Origin: Candidatus Omnitrophota bacterium
Lineage (GTDB): Bacteria > Omnitrophota > Gorgyraeia > DAOVKU01
Direction: 5' to 3'
DNA length: 61,176 nucleotides
Assembly: GCA_043822625.1 (NCBI GenBank)
Contig: JBDRBQ010000072.1
Location: 1-61,176 of the forward strand
Positions within the stretch are counted from its first letter, which is position 1; every line of letters starts with the position of its first letter. A program made the translations under genes and the position numbers. Below the pieces are notes generated by a model. That model saw nothing but the letters and a program-made list of their open reading frames with translations. It made no database searches and was not told where the DNA came from. This document shows, in pieces, positions 8,819 to 18,532 of the stretch.

Positions 8819-9725
8819 AGATTTGATTTCCACGGCGGATTTGTCTTTGGGAGAAATAAACGAAATTTTCGAACTGGCCTCTAAATTAAAAAAAGGCACG
8901 GTTAAAGGGAACCTTCTTGCGGGTAAAACGCTTTGTTTGATTTTTCAAAAACCGTCCAACAGGACCAAGGTTTCTTTTGCCGTGGGGATGTCCCAGCTTG
9001 GAGGATACACGGTATATTTAGGTCCTGATGAAGTAAAAATGGGTACAAGAGAGTCGAGCAAAGACGTGGCGAGAGTAATTTCGAGATATGCCCAAGGCGT
9101 TGTAGCGAGGACTTTCAAGCATAGCGACATTATTGAGCTTGCCGAAAATGCCGATATTCCGGTCATAAACGGTCTATCCGATTTTCTGCATCCGTGCCAG
9201 GCGCTAAGTGATTTATTTACCATAAAAGAAAAAAGTAAAAATTTTAAAAATGTAAAACTTGCTTATGTAGGAGACGGGAATAACGTTTTGCATTCGCTGA
9301 TGCTGGTATGTTCTAAACTGGGCGTGAAATTAGCAATAGCTGTGCCGAAGGGGTATGAGCCTAAAAAAGAGGTTATGAAAACAGCACTTGAATTTGCAAA
9401 AAAAAGCAGCGGCAGTATAGAACTTTTTCATCAGCCTGAAAAAGCGGTAGCGGGAGCTGATTTTATTTATACGGATGTCTGGGCGAGTATGGGCAAGGAA
9501 GCGGAATACGAAAAAAGGAAGAAAATATTCAAACCTTTTCAGATAAATGCGGCATTGCTTAAAAAAAACGGAGGAAAAGCTCTTGTAATGCACTGCCTGC
9601 CGGCGCACAGAGGAGACGAAATAACCGATGAAGTGATAGATTCTAAGCAATCAATTGTGTATGATCAGGCGGAAAACAGGCTTCACGCGCAAAAGGCGAT
9701 TTTGGTTTTGTTGTTAAAAAAATAA
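8805..9725 (+). CDS. argF: Ornithine carbamoyltransferase
   Basis: HPCQAL, GDGNN, DVWASMG, HCLPAHRG, QAENRLH. Confidence 0.97.
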   Translation: MLKSKDLISTADLSLGEINEIFELASKLKKGTVKGNLLAGKTLCLIFQKPSNRTKVSFAVGMSQLGGYTVYLGPDEVKMGTRESSKDVARVISRYAQGVVARTFKHSDIIELAENADIPVINGLSDFLHPCQALSDLFTIKEKSKNFKNVKLAYVGDGNNVLHSLMLVCSKLGVKLAIAVPKGYEPKKEVMKTALEFAKKSSGSIELFHQPEKAVAGADFIYTDVWASMGKEAEYEKRKKIFKPFQINAALLKKNGGKALVMHCLPAHRGDEITDEVIDSKQSIVYDQAENRLHAQKAILVLLLKK

Positions 9726-9733
9726 ATTAGAGC

Positions 9734-9760
9734 GTAGAGGCGTATTGCAATACGCCCTAC
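9734..9760. repeat. GTAG-type REP-like palindrome between argF and argG
   Basis: GTAGAGGCGTATTGCAATACGCCCTAC: near-perfect palindrome bounded by GTAG/CTAC. Confidence 0.75.
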
Positions 9761-9778
9761 GATAATGAGGAAATAAAA

Positions 9779-10975
9779 ATGGAAAAAAAAATAGTTTTAG
9801 CATATTCCGGCGGATTGGATACGTCTATAGCCATTGGGTGGCTTAAAGAAAGAGGATTCAGGGTGTACGCTTATTTAGGCGACGTCGGACAACCCATGGA
9901 CAAGGAAAAAATAAAGAAAAAAGCCCTCAACTGCGGAGTGGAAAAAGTTGTAATAGACGATTTGAAGAAAGAATTTATAGAAGATTATGTTATGCCAGCG
10001 TTAAAAGCAAACGCGGTATACGAAGATAAGTATTTTCTGGCCACAGCGCTTTCACGACCGATAATAGCCAAGGGGATGGTTGAAGCGGCGAAGAAAACGG
10101 GTGCCGGTTTTGTGGGTCATGGATGCACAGGTAAAGGCAATGATCAGGTAAGATTTGAGATGGCTGTCGCGTCTCTTGCCCCTGATTTAAAAGTCGTAGC
10201 GCCTGCCAGAGAGTGGGATTTTAAATCCAGAGAAGAACAGGTTCTTTTTGCTCAAAAACATAATATACCTGTCGAAGCCACTAAGAAAAAACCTTATTCG
10301 TTAGACATAAATTTATGGGGAATAAGTATTGAATGCGGAGTGCTTGAAGACCCGCGGGTTTCTCCTCCGGAAGACGCTTATATTATGACCAAAGACCCGT
10401 TATCAGCTTCGGCAAAAACTAAAATAGTAGAAATTGGTTTCGAAAAAGGTATACCCGTAGCGTTAAATGGGAAAAAGACAGATAAAGCCGCTTTGATAAA
10501 CGAATTGAACAAAATAGGCGGTGAATGCGGCGTGGGAAGAAGCGATTTAATAGAAAACAGGTTTGTCGGCATAAAATCGAGAGAAATTTATGAAGCGCCC
10601 GCGGCAGCAGCGTTGATTTTCGCGCACAAAGAAGTGGAAGCCATGGTTTTGGACAGGGAAACGCTTCATTTCAAAAAGCAGATAGAACAAAAGTATTCTC
10701 AGCTTATTTATAACGGGCTGTGGTTTTCGCCCTTAAAAGAAGCGCTGGATACGTTTATAGATAAGACTCAAGAGTATGTAACAGGTACGATAAAATTAAA
10801 ATTGGCAAAAGGAAATATTATTGTTTTAAGCAGACAATCGAAATTTTCTTTATATTCAAAAGAACTCGCGACTTACGGACAAGAAGATACTTTCGACAGA
10901 ACAGCCGCGGCCGGTTTTATAGCGATTTCAGGTTTGCCTTATAAGTTGACAGGTAAAAGAAATAAAGGGAGATAA
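9779..10975 (+). CDS. argG: Argininosuccinate synthase
   Basis: LAYSGGLDTS, HGCTGKGNDQVRF, ENRFVGIKSREIYEAP. Confidence 0.98.
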   Translation: MEKKIVLAYSGGLDTSIAIGWLKERGFRVYAYLGDVGQPMDKEKIKKKALNCGVEKVVIDDLKKEFIEDYVMPALKANAVYEDKYFLATALSRPIIAKGMVEAAKKTGAGFVGHGCTGKGNDQVRFEMAVASLAPDLKVVAPAREWDFKSREEQVLFAQKHNIPVEATKKKPYSLDINLWGISIECGVLEDPRVSPPEDAYIMTKDPLSASAKTKIVEIGFEKGIPVALNGKKTDKAALINELNKIGGECGVGRSDLIENRFVGIKSREIYEAPAAAALIFAHKEVEAMVLDRETLHFKKQIEQKYSQLIYNGLWFSPLKEALDTFIDKTQEYVTGTIKLKLAKGNIIVLSRQSKFSLYSKELATYGQEDTFDRTAAAGFIAISGLPYKLTGKRNKGR

Positions 10976-10980
10976 AAATA

Positions 10981-11175
10981 GTGAATATAAGAGAAAGAAT
11001 TTTTCGGGAAGTAAAAAAAATACCCGAAGCGCTATTGCCGGAGATAATGGACTTTATTTTGTTTTTGGAAAAAACAAAAAAAAAGGAACGAATAAAAACC
11101 GCCGCGGCAAGTGAATTATCATTAAGCAAAGATTGGTTAAAACCGGAGGAAGATAAGGCGTGGAAAAACTTGTAA
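10981..11175 (+). CDS. DUF2281-like putative antitoxin
   Basis: 64 aa IPEALLPEIMDFILFL...ASELSLSKDWLKPEEDKAWKNL; overlaps a PemK toxin gene. Confidence 0.8.
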   Translation: MNIRERIFREVKKIPEALLPEIMDFILFLEKTKKKERIKTAAASELSLSKDWLKPEEDKAWKNL

Positions 11176-11492
11176 GAGGCGACGTTGTTGTTTTGCCTTT
11201 TCCTTTTTCAGATTTGACACAATCTAAAAAACGCCCTGCTTTAGTTGTGGCGGGATTGCAGGGAGAAGATATTATTCTTTGTCAAATAACCAGCCGGAAG
11301 ATTAAAGATAAGTATTCGGTTATTATTAATGATAATGATTTTGAAATAGGTGTGCTTAACCAAATAAGTAATGTTAGGTCAAACCGTATTTTTACAGCAG
11401 ACCGGCGTCTTATTTTGTATCGAATTGGGCATCTCAAAGCAATGAAAAGTGAAGAAGTTATAAATCGAATAATAAGTATTTTGCATTCTTAA
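11160..11492 (+). CDS. PemK/MazF family toxin
   Basis: RGDVVVLPFPFSDLTQSKKRPALVV...CQITS signature. Confidence 0.9.
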   Translation: MEKLVRGDVVVLPFPFSDLTQSKKRPALVVAGLQGEDIILCQITSRKIKDKYSVIINDNDFEIGVLNQISNVRSNRIFTADRRLILYRIGHLKAMKSEEVINRIISILHS

Positions 11493-11515
11493 GTTATAAA
11501 AAGTGGGGAAATAAA

Positions 11516-12883
11516 ATGGCTAAGAAGTTGTGGGGTGGGAGATTTACTAAAAAAATAGATGAGGATTTTGAGGAATTCTCGAAGTCTATTCATTACGACT
11601 ATAAATTAGCCGAAACCGATTTGCTTGGTTCTCAAGCGCATGTAAGAATTTTAGAGAAAGCTGAATTTTTAAAGAAAGACGAAGCTGATAAACTATATAA
11701 AGGGTTGCAGTCTATTTTAGATGAAGTGAGAAAAGGAACATTTAAGTGGGATAAAAATTGCGAAGACATTCATACCGACATTCAAAATAAATTGCAAAAG
11801 GATGTTGGAGATTTAGCTTTGAAGCTCCACACTGCCAGATCCAGGAACGATCAGGTTGTATTTGCTACTAAATTTTATTGCAAGGACTTATTAGTAGAGA
11901 TAATAAATTATAGTGACAAACTAAAGATAGTCTTGCAGGAACTGGCTAAAAAAAATGAGAAGATTATTATTCCGGGATTTACACATATGCAGCATGCCCA
12001 ACCTGTTTATTTAAAAGATTATCTTCATGTATATGTTGAGATGTTAGCGAGAGATAGAGAAAGATTGCTGAATATTGAGAAAAATATGAAAATAACTTTG
12101 GGTGCTGGAGCATTAGCCGGAACACCTATTAGTTCTGTTGAGTATGCCGTTGGTGCTTCAAAGTTTTTAAAAGGTCGGAAATTAGCAGAAGATTTTAATA
12201 TAACAGCTACGGTTAATTCTTTAGACTCTGTCAGTGATAGAGATTTTGTGATTGAAATTCTTTCGGCCTTGGCCATCGTAGGAATGCATCTTTCAAGAAT
12301 GGCTGAAGATTTTATTATCTGGTCAACGAAAGAATTTAATTTTATAGAAATAGACGAAGCATTCTGTACCGGCAGTTCTTTAATGCCGCAGAAGAAAAAC
12401 GCGGATGTTTTGGAATTGATAAGAGGATACGCTGGAAGGCTTATCGGAAATTTAGTAAGTGTTTTGACGATGATGAAAGGGTTGCCGTTGACCTATAATA
12501 GAGATATGCAGTTGGACAAAGAACCGCTTTTTGAATCTTTTGAGATAATAGGCAAAGAATTGAAAATTTTGGCAGGCTTTGTGAAAGCACTGAAATTTAA
12601 GGAAGAAAATATAAAAAAGCATTTAGAAGATGAGTCTTTATACGCGACGGATTTAGTTTACTATCTTGTTGAGAAAAAAGAGCCTTTTACTATCGCGCAT
12701 AGTATAATAGGAAAGCTTGTAAGATATTCTATGGATAAAGGTGTTCTTATTAAAAATATGACGCAGGATCAGTTGGATATGTTTTCGAAAAAGTTAAAAA
12801 AAGAAGAAATCGTAAAACTATTTGATCCCAGAAAATCTGTTGAGGGGAAAATATCTATCGACAGATCTGGAGAGGGGAAGTAA
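11516..12883 (+). CDS. argH: Argininosuccinate lyase
   Basis: LWGGRF, LHTARSRNDQV, GSSLMPQKKN, YNRDMQLDKE. Confidence 0.97.
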   Translation: MAKKLWGGRFTKKIDEDFEEFSKSIHYDYKLAETDLLGSQAHVRILEKAEFLKKDEADKLYKGLQSILDEVRKGTFKWDKNCEDIHTDIQNKLQKDVGDLALKLHTARSRNDQVVFATKFYCKDLLVEIINYSDKLKIVLQELAKKNEKIIIPGFTHMQHAQPVYLKDYLHVYVEMLARDRERLLNIEKNMKITLGAGALAGTPISSVEYAVGASKFLKGRKLAEDFNITATVNSLDSVSDRDFVIEILSALAIVGMHLSRMAEDFIIWSTKEFNFIEIDEAFCTGSSLMPQKKNADVLELIRGYAGRLIGNLVSVLTMMKGLPLTYNRDMQLDKEPLFESFEIIGKELKILAGFVKALKFKEENIKKHLEDESLYATDLVYYLVEKKEPFTIAHSIIGKLVRYSMDKGVLIKNMTQDQLDMFSKKLKKEEIVKLFDPRKSVEGKISIDRSGEGK

Positions 12884-14142
12884 TGACCGAATTCAAATAT
12901 AAAAAGAACAGTTTTTGCTGTGAAGGGGTAGATATTGCCGAGGCGGCGCAACATATAGGCACGCCTTTTTATCTTTACAGCCATAGTATGTTTTTAGAAC
13001 ATTATAAAAGAATAAAGAACGCTTTTAGTGAATTCAGACCGCTGATTTGTTTTTCGATGAAGTCTAATTCCAATCTTTCTATTTTGAAAATTTTGACGAA
13101 AGAAGGGGCAGGGCTTGATATTGTTTCGGGCGGTGAATTATACAAAGCGCTTAAAGTTGGCGCTGACCCAAAAAAAATAGTATATGCTTCTGTCGGAAAA
13201 ACCGAATCTGAGATAAAACAGGCTGTCGCGGCAGGTATTTTATTTTTTAACATAGAATCTCTGCCTGAATTGGAATTGATAAATAAAGTAGCCGGCAATT
13301 TAAAGAAAAAAGTCATGGTTGCCATCAGGCTCAATCCGGATATTACTCCCGGTACTCACAGTTATATTACTACTTCTAAAAAGGAAAATAAATTCGGTCT
13401 TGATTTTGAAACCGCCAGATTGATTTTTAAACAAAAAGACCGTTTTAAAAATCTTTTTATAGAAGGGCTTCATGTTCATATAGGCTCTCAGATAACTAAA
13501 GCTGAACCTTTTAAGCGCGCGCTGTCGAAAGTCATTACCTTTATAAATGAATTGAGAAGGGAAAAATTTGAGATAAATTACCTTAATATCGGCGGAGGGC
13601 TTGGCATAGTTTATTCCAAAGAAAAGCCGCAGAGCGCGGAAAGATTCGCGAAAAGCATTACTCCTTTATTGAGAAAGGCGGGCGCCAGAATAATTCTTGA
13701 GCCGGGAAGATTTATATCCGGAAATAGCGGGGTATTGGTGACGAAAGTTATTTACGTCAAAAAGACTCAGCAGAAAGTTTTTGTGATTGTCGACGCGGGC
13801 ATGAATGATTTGCTTCGCCCGAGTTTGTATGGGGCTTATCATGCGGTTGTGCCTCAGCAGGAAATTTCGGAAACGTTCGATAAGCCTGTTGACGTTGTAG
13901 GACCTATTTGCGAAAGCGGAGATTTTCTGGCGAAAGACAGGCATAAATTTCCGCAGGTTAAAGAGGGAGATTTGCTTGTAGTTTTAAGCGCTGGGGCTTA
14001 TGGTTTTTCTATGGCTTCCAATTATAATTCGCGTCCCCGTATCGCCGAAGCGCTTGTTAAGGCAAACGCTTTTCATGTAATAAGAAAAAGAGAAACTTAT
14101 AAGGATTTGATTTCCAAAGAAATTATTTTGAAGGACATTTAA
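12883..14142 (+). CDS. lysA: Diaminopimelate decarboxylase
   Basis: KSNSN, HVHIGSQ, EPGR, GPICESGD, GAYGFSMASNYN. Confidence 0.97.
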   Translation: MTEFKYKKNSFCCEGVDIAEAAQHIGTPFYLYSHSMFLEHYKRIKNAFSEFRPLICFSMKSNSNLSILKILTKEGAGLDIVSGGELYKALKVGADPKKIVYASVGKTESEIKQAVAAGILFFNIESLPELELINKVAGNLKKKVMVAIRLNPDITPGTHSYITTSKKENKFGLDFETARLIFKQKDRFKNLFIEGLHVHIGSQITKAEPFKRALSKVITFINELRREKFEINYLNIGGGLGIVYSKEKPQSAERFAKSITPLLRKAGARIILEPGRFISGNSGVLVTKVIYVKKTQQKVFVIVDAGMNDLLRPSLYGAYHAVVPQQEISETFDKPVDVVGPICESGDFLAKDRHKFPQVKEGDLLVVLSAGAYGFSMASNYNSRPRIAEALVKANAFHVIRKRETYKDLISKEIILKDI

Positions 14143-14146
14143 AAAA

Positions 14147-15001
14147 GTGACTATTCCTTTTGTCAAAGCCGAAGGCACCGGAAACGACTTTGTGATTATC
14201 GACGCGCGGGACTTGCCCGTTGTGACGGATTTAAATTCCGCGGCGAAAAAAATATGTAATCGAAAAAAATCCATTGGCGCCGATGGTTTGCTTATCTACG
14301 ACAAATCTTCAACCTGCGATTTTAAAATGCGTATTTTTAATTCAGACGGGTCGGAAGCGGAAATGTGCGGTAATGGTATCCGCTGTATTGCCCAATACGC
14401 GAAGAAAATTAAAAGTCTTAGTAAAAATAGTTTCGATATCGAAACAAAAGCGGGTCGTGTCAAAATCGATTATTTAAAGACGGATATGCCGCGGCTTAAG
14501 CTTACCCCGCCTGAAAATCTGAAATTAAATTTAAACCTTGATATCGACGGAAAAAAAATAATTGTGAATTATGTTGTCGTCGGAGTGCCTCATGTGGTAT
14601 ATTTAAAAGAATTGGAAGCGCCTCATCCAGCGGACGCTTTAATAGACGAAGAATCCTTAGAAAAAATAAATGTCGCGGAGCTTGGAAGGAAAATTCGCTT
14701 TCATAAAGAATTTGCTCCCGCGGGGACGAATGTAAATTTTATCGAAGTGACTTCTTCTGATTCTTTAAAAGTGAGAACTTACGAAAGAGGAGTCGAAGAA
14801 GAAACACTTGCCTGCGGCAGCGGCTCAAGCGCGAGTAGTTTAATAGCTTTTTTGCTCGGCAAAGTTAAATCGCCTATAACGGTAACAACGTCTGGCGGAG
14901 AATTTTTGACGGTTTATGTCGAGGGGACAAGAGAAAAAATAGAAGGTCTTTATCTTGAAGCCCCCGCGAATATAGTGTTTGAGGGGAAAATAAATATATA
15001 G
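14147..15001 (+). CDS. dapF: Diaminopimelate epimerase
   Basis: GTGNDF, NSDGSEAEMCGNG, ERGVEEETLACGSG. Confidence 0.97.
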   Translation: MTIPFVKAEGTGNDFVIIDARDLPVVTDLNSAAKKICNRKKSIGADGLLIYDKSSTCDFKMRIFNSDGSEAEMCGNGIRCIAQYAKKIKSLSKNSFDIETKAGRVKIDYLKTDMPRLKLTPPENLKLNLNLDIDGKKIIVNYVVVGVPHVVYLKELEAPHPADALIDEESLEKINVAELGRKIRFHKEFAPAGTNVNFIEVTSSDSLKVRTYERGVEEETLACGSGSSASSLIAFLLGKVKSPITVTTSGGEFLTVYVEGTREKIEGLYLEAPANIVFEGKINI

Positions 15002-15088
15002 TTTGATAGTAGTTAGTGAATAGTGAATGGTTTTTTATCCATTGCATTAGTAGTCTATCCACCATTCACTATTAAACTATTCACTGTT
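15001..15088. repeat. Inverted repeat built from degenerate TAGTGAA heptamers
   Basis: Left arm TAGTGAATAGTGAATGG; right arm CCATTCACTATTAAACTATTCACT. Confidence 0.75.
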
Positions 15089-15105
15089 TTTATGGAGGTT
15101 ATTTT

Positions 15106-15975
15106 ATGTATCAAGGTAGTTTTGTCGCGTTAGTTACCCCGTTTAAAGAAGACGGTTCTGTAGATGAACAAAAATTCAAAGAGTTGATTGACTTCCAAAT
15201 TAAAAACGGTACCGACGGCATTGTGCCCTGCGGCTGTACCGGAGAAGCGGCTACGCTCACTCACGAAGAACAAAAGAAAACCATAAAGATTGCTGTTGAA
15301 ATTGTAAACGGCAGGGTTCCGGTTATTGCCGGTACCGGTTCCAATTCCACCGAAGAAGCTGTTGCGCTTACCTGTTACGCGAAAAAAGCGGGTGCCGACG
15401 GAGCGTTGATAATCACGCCTTATTATAATAAACCTACTCCGGAAGGACAATACCGCCATTATGAAAGAATAGCGAAAAAATCGGATTTACCGATTATGCT
15501 TTACAATGTTCCTTCCCGTACCGGAATTTCTATGCTGCCTGAAACCGTTGCCCGTTTATCAAAAGTAGATAATATCGTAGCTATTAAAGAGGCTTCGGGC
15601 ATTGCCGACCAGACAACAAAGATACTTTCTTTGTGCGATATTTGTGTTTTATCCGGTGATGATTCGATGACACTGCCTTTAATGTCGATTGGGGCGAAGG
15701 GTGTTGTTTCTGTTGTCGCGAATATTACTCCCAACGAAGTAAGCGGCATGGTTAAAGCTTATTTAAATAAAGATTTTGAAAAAGCGAAAGAGCTTCATTA
15801 TAAATTATTTCCTTTAATCAAAGCGGTGTTTATAGAGACTAATCCCATACCTGTCAAAACAGCCATGAGAATTTTAGGTAGGCTGAATGGGAAATTAAGA
15901 CTACCTCTTTGTGAAATGGAAGCTCAGAACGAAAAAACTTTGGAAGAGGTTTTAAAAAAATATGATTTCGAATAA
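15106..15975 (+). CDS. dapA: 4-hydroxy-tetrahydrodipicolinate synthase
   Basis: ALVTPF, GCTGE, PYYNKP, LYNVPSRTG, IKEASG, ETNPIPVK. Confidence 0.96.
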   Translation: MYQGSFVALVTPFKEDGSVDEQKFKELIDFQIKNGTDGIVPCGCTGEAATLTHEEQKKTIKIAVEIVNGRVPVIAGTGSNSTEEAVALTCYAKKAGADGALIITPYYNKPTPEGQYRHYERIAKKSDLPIMLYNVPSRTGISMLPETVARLSKVDNIVAIKEASGIADQTTKILSLCDICVLSGDDSMTLPLMSIGAKGVVSVVANITPNEVSGMVKAYLNKDFEKAKELHYKLFPLIKAVFIETNPIPVKTAMRILGRLNGKLRLPLCEMEAQNEKTLEEVLKKYDFE

Positions 15976-16789
15976 AATAATCAGAATTGCTGTCTCAGGA
16001 TGCTGCGGAAAAATGGGAAAAAGAATATCTTCTTTGGCGGTTGAGGACAAAAAGTTCTTTTTAGCCGTAGCGATAGACGAGAAAAAGCATTCTGAAACAG
16101 GCAGGGATTTTGGGGAATATTTAGGCGGCAGAAAGTCGGGAGTTTTGATACAAAGCGATTGCCGGAGTGTTTTGGAAAGCGCTGATGTTTTGATTGAATT
16201 CAGCACCGTGCCGGCTACCATGTCGCATTTGGATGATTGTGTATCTATGGGAAAACCTCTTGTAATCGGTACTACCGCTTTGACAGCGAAAGATGAAAAA
16301 AAAATAGAATTGGCCGCGCAAAAAATCCCTATCGTTAAATCTTCCAATATGAGTTTAGGAGTGAATTTGCTTTTTAAAATATTGAAAGATACCGTTAGGA
16401 AAATGGGTTCGTATTACGACATAGAAATTATAGAAGCTCATCATAATCAGAAGAAAGACGCGCCCAGCGGAACGGCTTTGAGTATGGCTAAAATTATATG
16501 TGATTCTCTGGGGCTTAACGAGAAAAAAGCGTTGCGTTTCGGCCGCCATGGGATATCCGGTCCCAGGTCTAAAAAAGAAATAGCCGTACATGCCATTCGA
16601 GGTGGAGAAATTGTCGGAGACCATACAATTTTATTCGCGGGCAAAGGAGAAAATATAGAATTTACGCATCGCGCCTTGTCGAGAGATACTTTTGCCAAAG
16701 GAGCTCTTCTGGCCGCGCGATTTATTTGCGATAAGAAAAAAGGATTATATAATATGCAGGATGTATTGGAAATTCAGGAGGATGTATAA
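15962..16789 (+). CDS. dapB: 4-hydroxy-tetrahydrodipicolinate reductase
   Basis: VIGTT, NMSLGVN, EAHHNQKKDAPSGTA, RGGEIVGDH. Confidence 0.97.
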   Translation: MISNKIIRIAVSGCCGKMGKRISSLAVEDKKFFLAVAIDEKKHSETGRDFGEYLGGRKSGVLIQSDCRSVLESADVLIEFSTVPATMSHLDDCVSMGKPLVIGTTALTAKDEKKIELAAQKIPIVKSSNMSLGVNLLFKILKDTVRKMGSYYDIEIIEAHHNQKKDAPSGTALSMAKIICDSLGLNEKKALRFGRHGISGPRSKKEIAVHAIRGGEIVGDHTILFAGKGENIEFTHRALSRDTFAKGALLAARFICDKKKGLYNMQDVLEIQEDV

Positions 16790-17958
16790 TGCGGTTAAAA
16801 ATAGAAACAGCTGAGCGGCTGAAAAAACTTCCGCCTTATCTTTTTGCCGAGCTGGACAGGCTAAAACAGGAAGCCGCCGCGAAGGGAAAGGATTTAATTG
16901 ATTTGGGAGTGGGAGATCCTGATACGCCTACTCCGGAATATATAATAGAGCGTCTTTATGAAGCCGCGCAAAATCCGGTAACGCATAAATACGCGAACAA
17001 TGCCGGACTTCCGGAATTGCGGCAGGCAATGACCGACTGGTATAAAAAAAGATTTGGTGTAAAGTTGAATCCCGAAACGGAAATTTTGCCGCTTATTGGT
17101 TCTAAAGAAGGGATATCGCATATTCCTCTGGCATTTATCAATCACGGTGATATTTGTCTGGTGCCCGATCCCTGCTATCCGCCTTATAAATCAGGCACGA
17201 TTTTAGCGGGAGGAATTCCTTACTTAATGCCGCTTTTACAGGAAAATAATTTTTTGCCGGTTCTGGATAACATAGATTATCAGGTCGCGAAACAAGCGAA
17301 ATTAATGTTTTTGAATTATCCTAATAATCCTACTACGGCTGTTGCCGGAAAAGCATTTTTTGAAGAGGTTATAAAGTTTGCCGAAGTGAATAATGTTATT
17401 GTTTGTCACGATGCCGCTTATTCCGAGATCACTTTTGACGATTATAAGCCCATGAGCTTTCTTGAAGTGGAAGGAGCCAAAGAAGTCGGCATAGAATTTC
17501 ATTCCTTATCCAAAACTTATAATATGACCGGTTGGAGAATAGGTTTTGCCGTGGGAAACAGTGAAGTTATTAAACATCTGGCGAAAGTGAAATCCAATAT
17601 CGATTCCGGAATTTTCCGTGCCGTGCAATTTGCCGGCATTGTCGCGTTGTCAAACGAAACTCATCTTGAAAAACTCCTGGATGTTTATGAACAACGGCGC
17701 GACGCGTTGGTTGACGGGCTGAATTCCATCGGCTGGAAAGTAGAAAAACCGAAAGCGACTTTTTATGTATGGGCGCCGGTTCCGCCTGGATATACTTCTA
17801 TGGAATTATCTAAAACTTTATTGGATAAATGCGGCATTGTAGCGACCCCGGGAGTCGGTTTCGGGCAGAACGGTGAAGGATATATAAGATTCGCGTTGAC
17901 CGTGACCGTAGAGAGAATAAAAGAAGCGGTAGAAAGAATAAAAAAATTACATGGCTGA
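16789..17958 (+). CDS. dapL: LL-diaminopimelate aminotransferase
   Basis: LPPYLFAE, GVGDPD, GSKEG, NYPNNPT, SLSKTYNMTGWRIG; lies in the dap cluster. Confidence 0.88.
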   Translation: MRLKIETAERLKKLPPYLFAELDRLKQEAAAKGKDLIDLGVGDPDTPTPEYIIERLYEAAQNPVTHKYANNAGLPELRQAMTDWYKKRFGVKLNPETEILPLIGSKEGISHIPLAFINHGDICLVPDPCYPPYKSGTILAGGIPYLMPLLQENNFLPVLDNIDYQVAKQAKLMFLNYPNNPTTAVAGKAFFEEVIKFAEVNNVIVCHDAAYSEITFDDYKPMSFLEVEGAKEVGIEFHSLSKTYNMTGWRIGFAVGNSEVIKHLAKVKSNIDSGIFRAVQFAGIVALSNETHLEKLLDVYEQRRDALVDGLNSIGWKVEKPKATFYVWAPVPPGYTSMELSKTLLDKCGIVATPGVGFGQNGEGYIRFALTVTVERIKEAVERIKKLHG

Positions 17959-17998
17959 AATTTTGCCATAACGAACTAACTGCTATTTAGGGATTTGA

Positions 17999-18532
17999 AT
18001 GAATTTGACGAAAAATTTCGAAAAAAATATATCCGGTACTGCCTCATGGAGTAAGGTGTACATTGGTCTTGGTTCTAATTTAGGTGACAGGGAAAAGAAC
18101 ATAAAAACGGCGTTGGAGTTATTGAAGGAAGAAAAGACCATAAATTTATTGAGGGCTTCTGCGATAAGTGAAACGGATCCTGAAGAGAATCTGAATCAGC
18201 CTAAATTTTTAAACGCGGTTTGTGAGACGCAAACAAGTTTATCCCCCGTAGATTTGCTCGATAAATTAAAAAAAATAGAGTATAAAGTGGGGCGTCCTAA
18301 AGAATATGAGAAAAATTCACCGAGGATAATAGACCTTGATATACTGGTTTTTGATGATTTATTACTGAAAGGACGGACATTGATTATACCCCATCCTAAA
18401 ATGCACAAACGCTATTTTGTATTAAACGGATTAAACGAACTCGCTCCCGATTTACTCGTGCCGGGACATAAAAAAAGCGTTAAACAGCTTTTAAGTGAGT
18501 TATTAGACGATATCTATGCAAGTAATCAATAG
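17999..18532 (+). CDS. folK: 2-amino-4-hydroxy-6-hydroxymethyldihydropteridine diphosphokinase (start uncertain)
   Basis: YIGLGSNLGDR, FLNAV, PRIIDLDIL, IPHPKMHKRYFVL. Confidence 0.95.
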   Translation: MNLTKNFEKNISGTASWSKVYIGLGSNLGDREKNIKTALELLKEEKTINLLRASAISETDPEENLNQPKFLNAVCETQTSLSPVDLLDKLKKIEYKVGRPKEYEKNSPRIIDLDILVFDDLLLKGRTLIIPHPKMHKRYFVLNGLNELAPDLLVPGHKKSVKQLLSELLDDIYASNQ

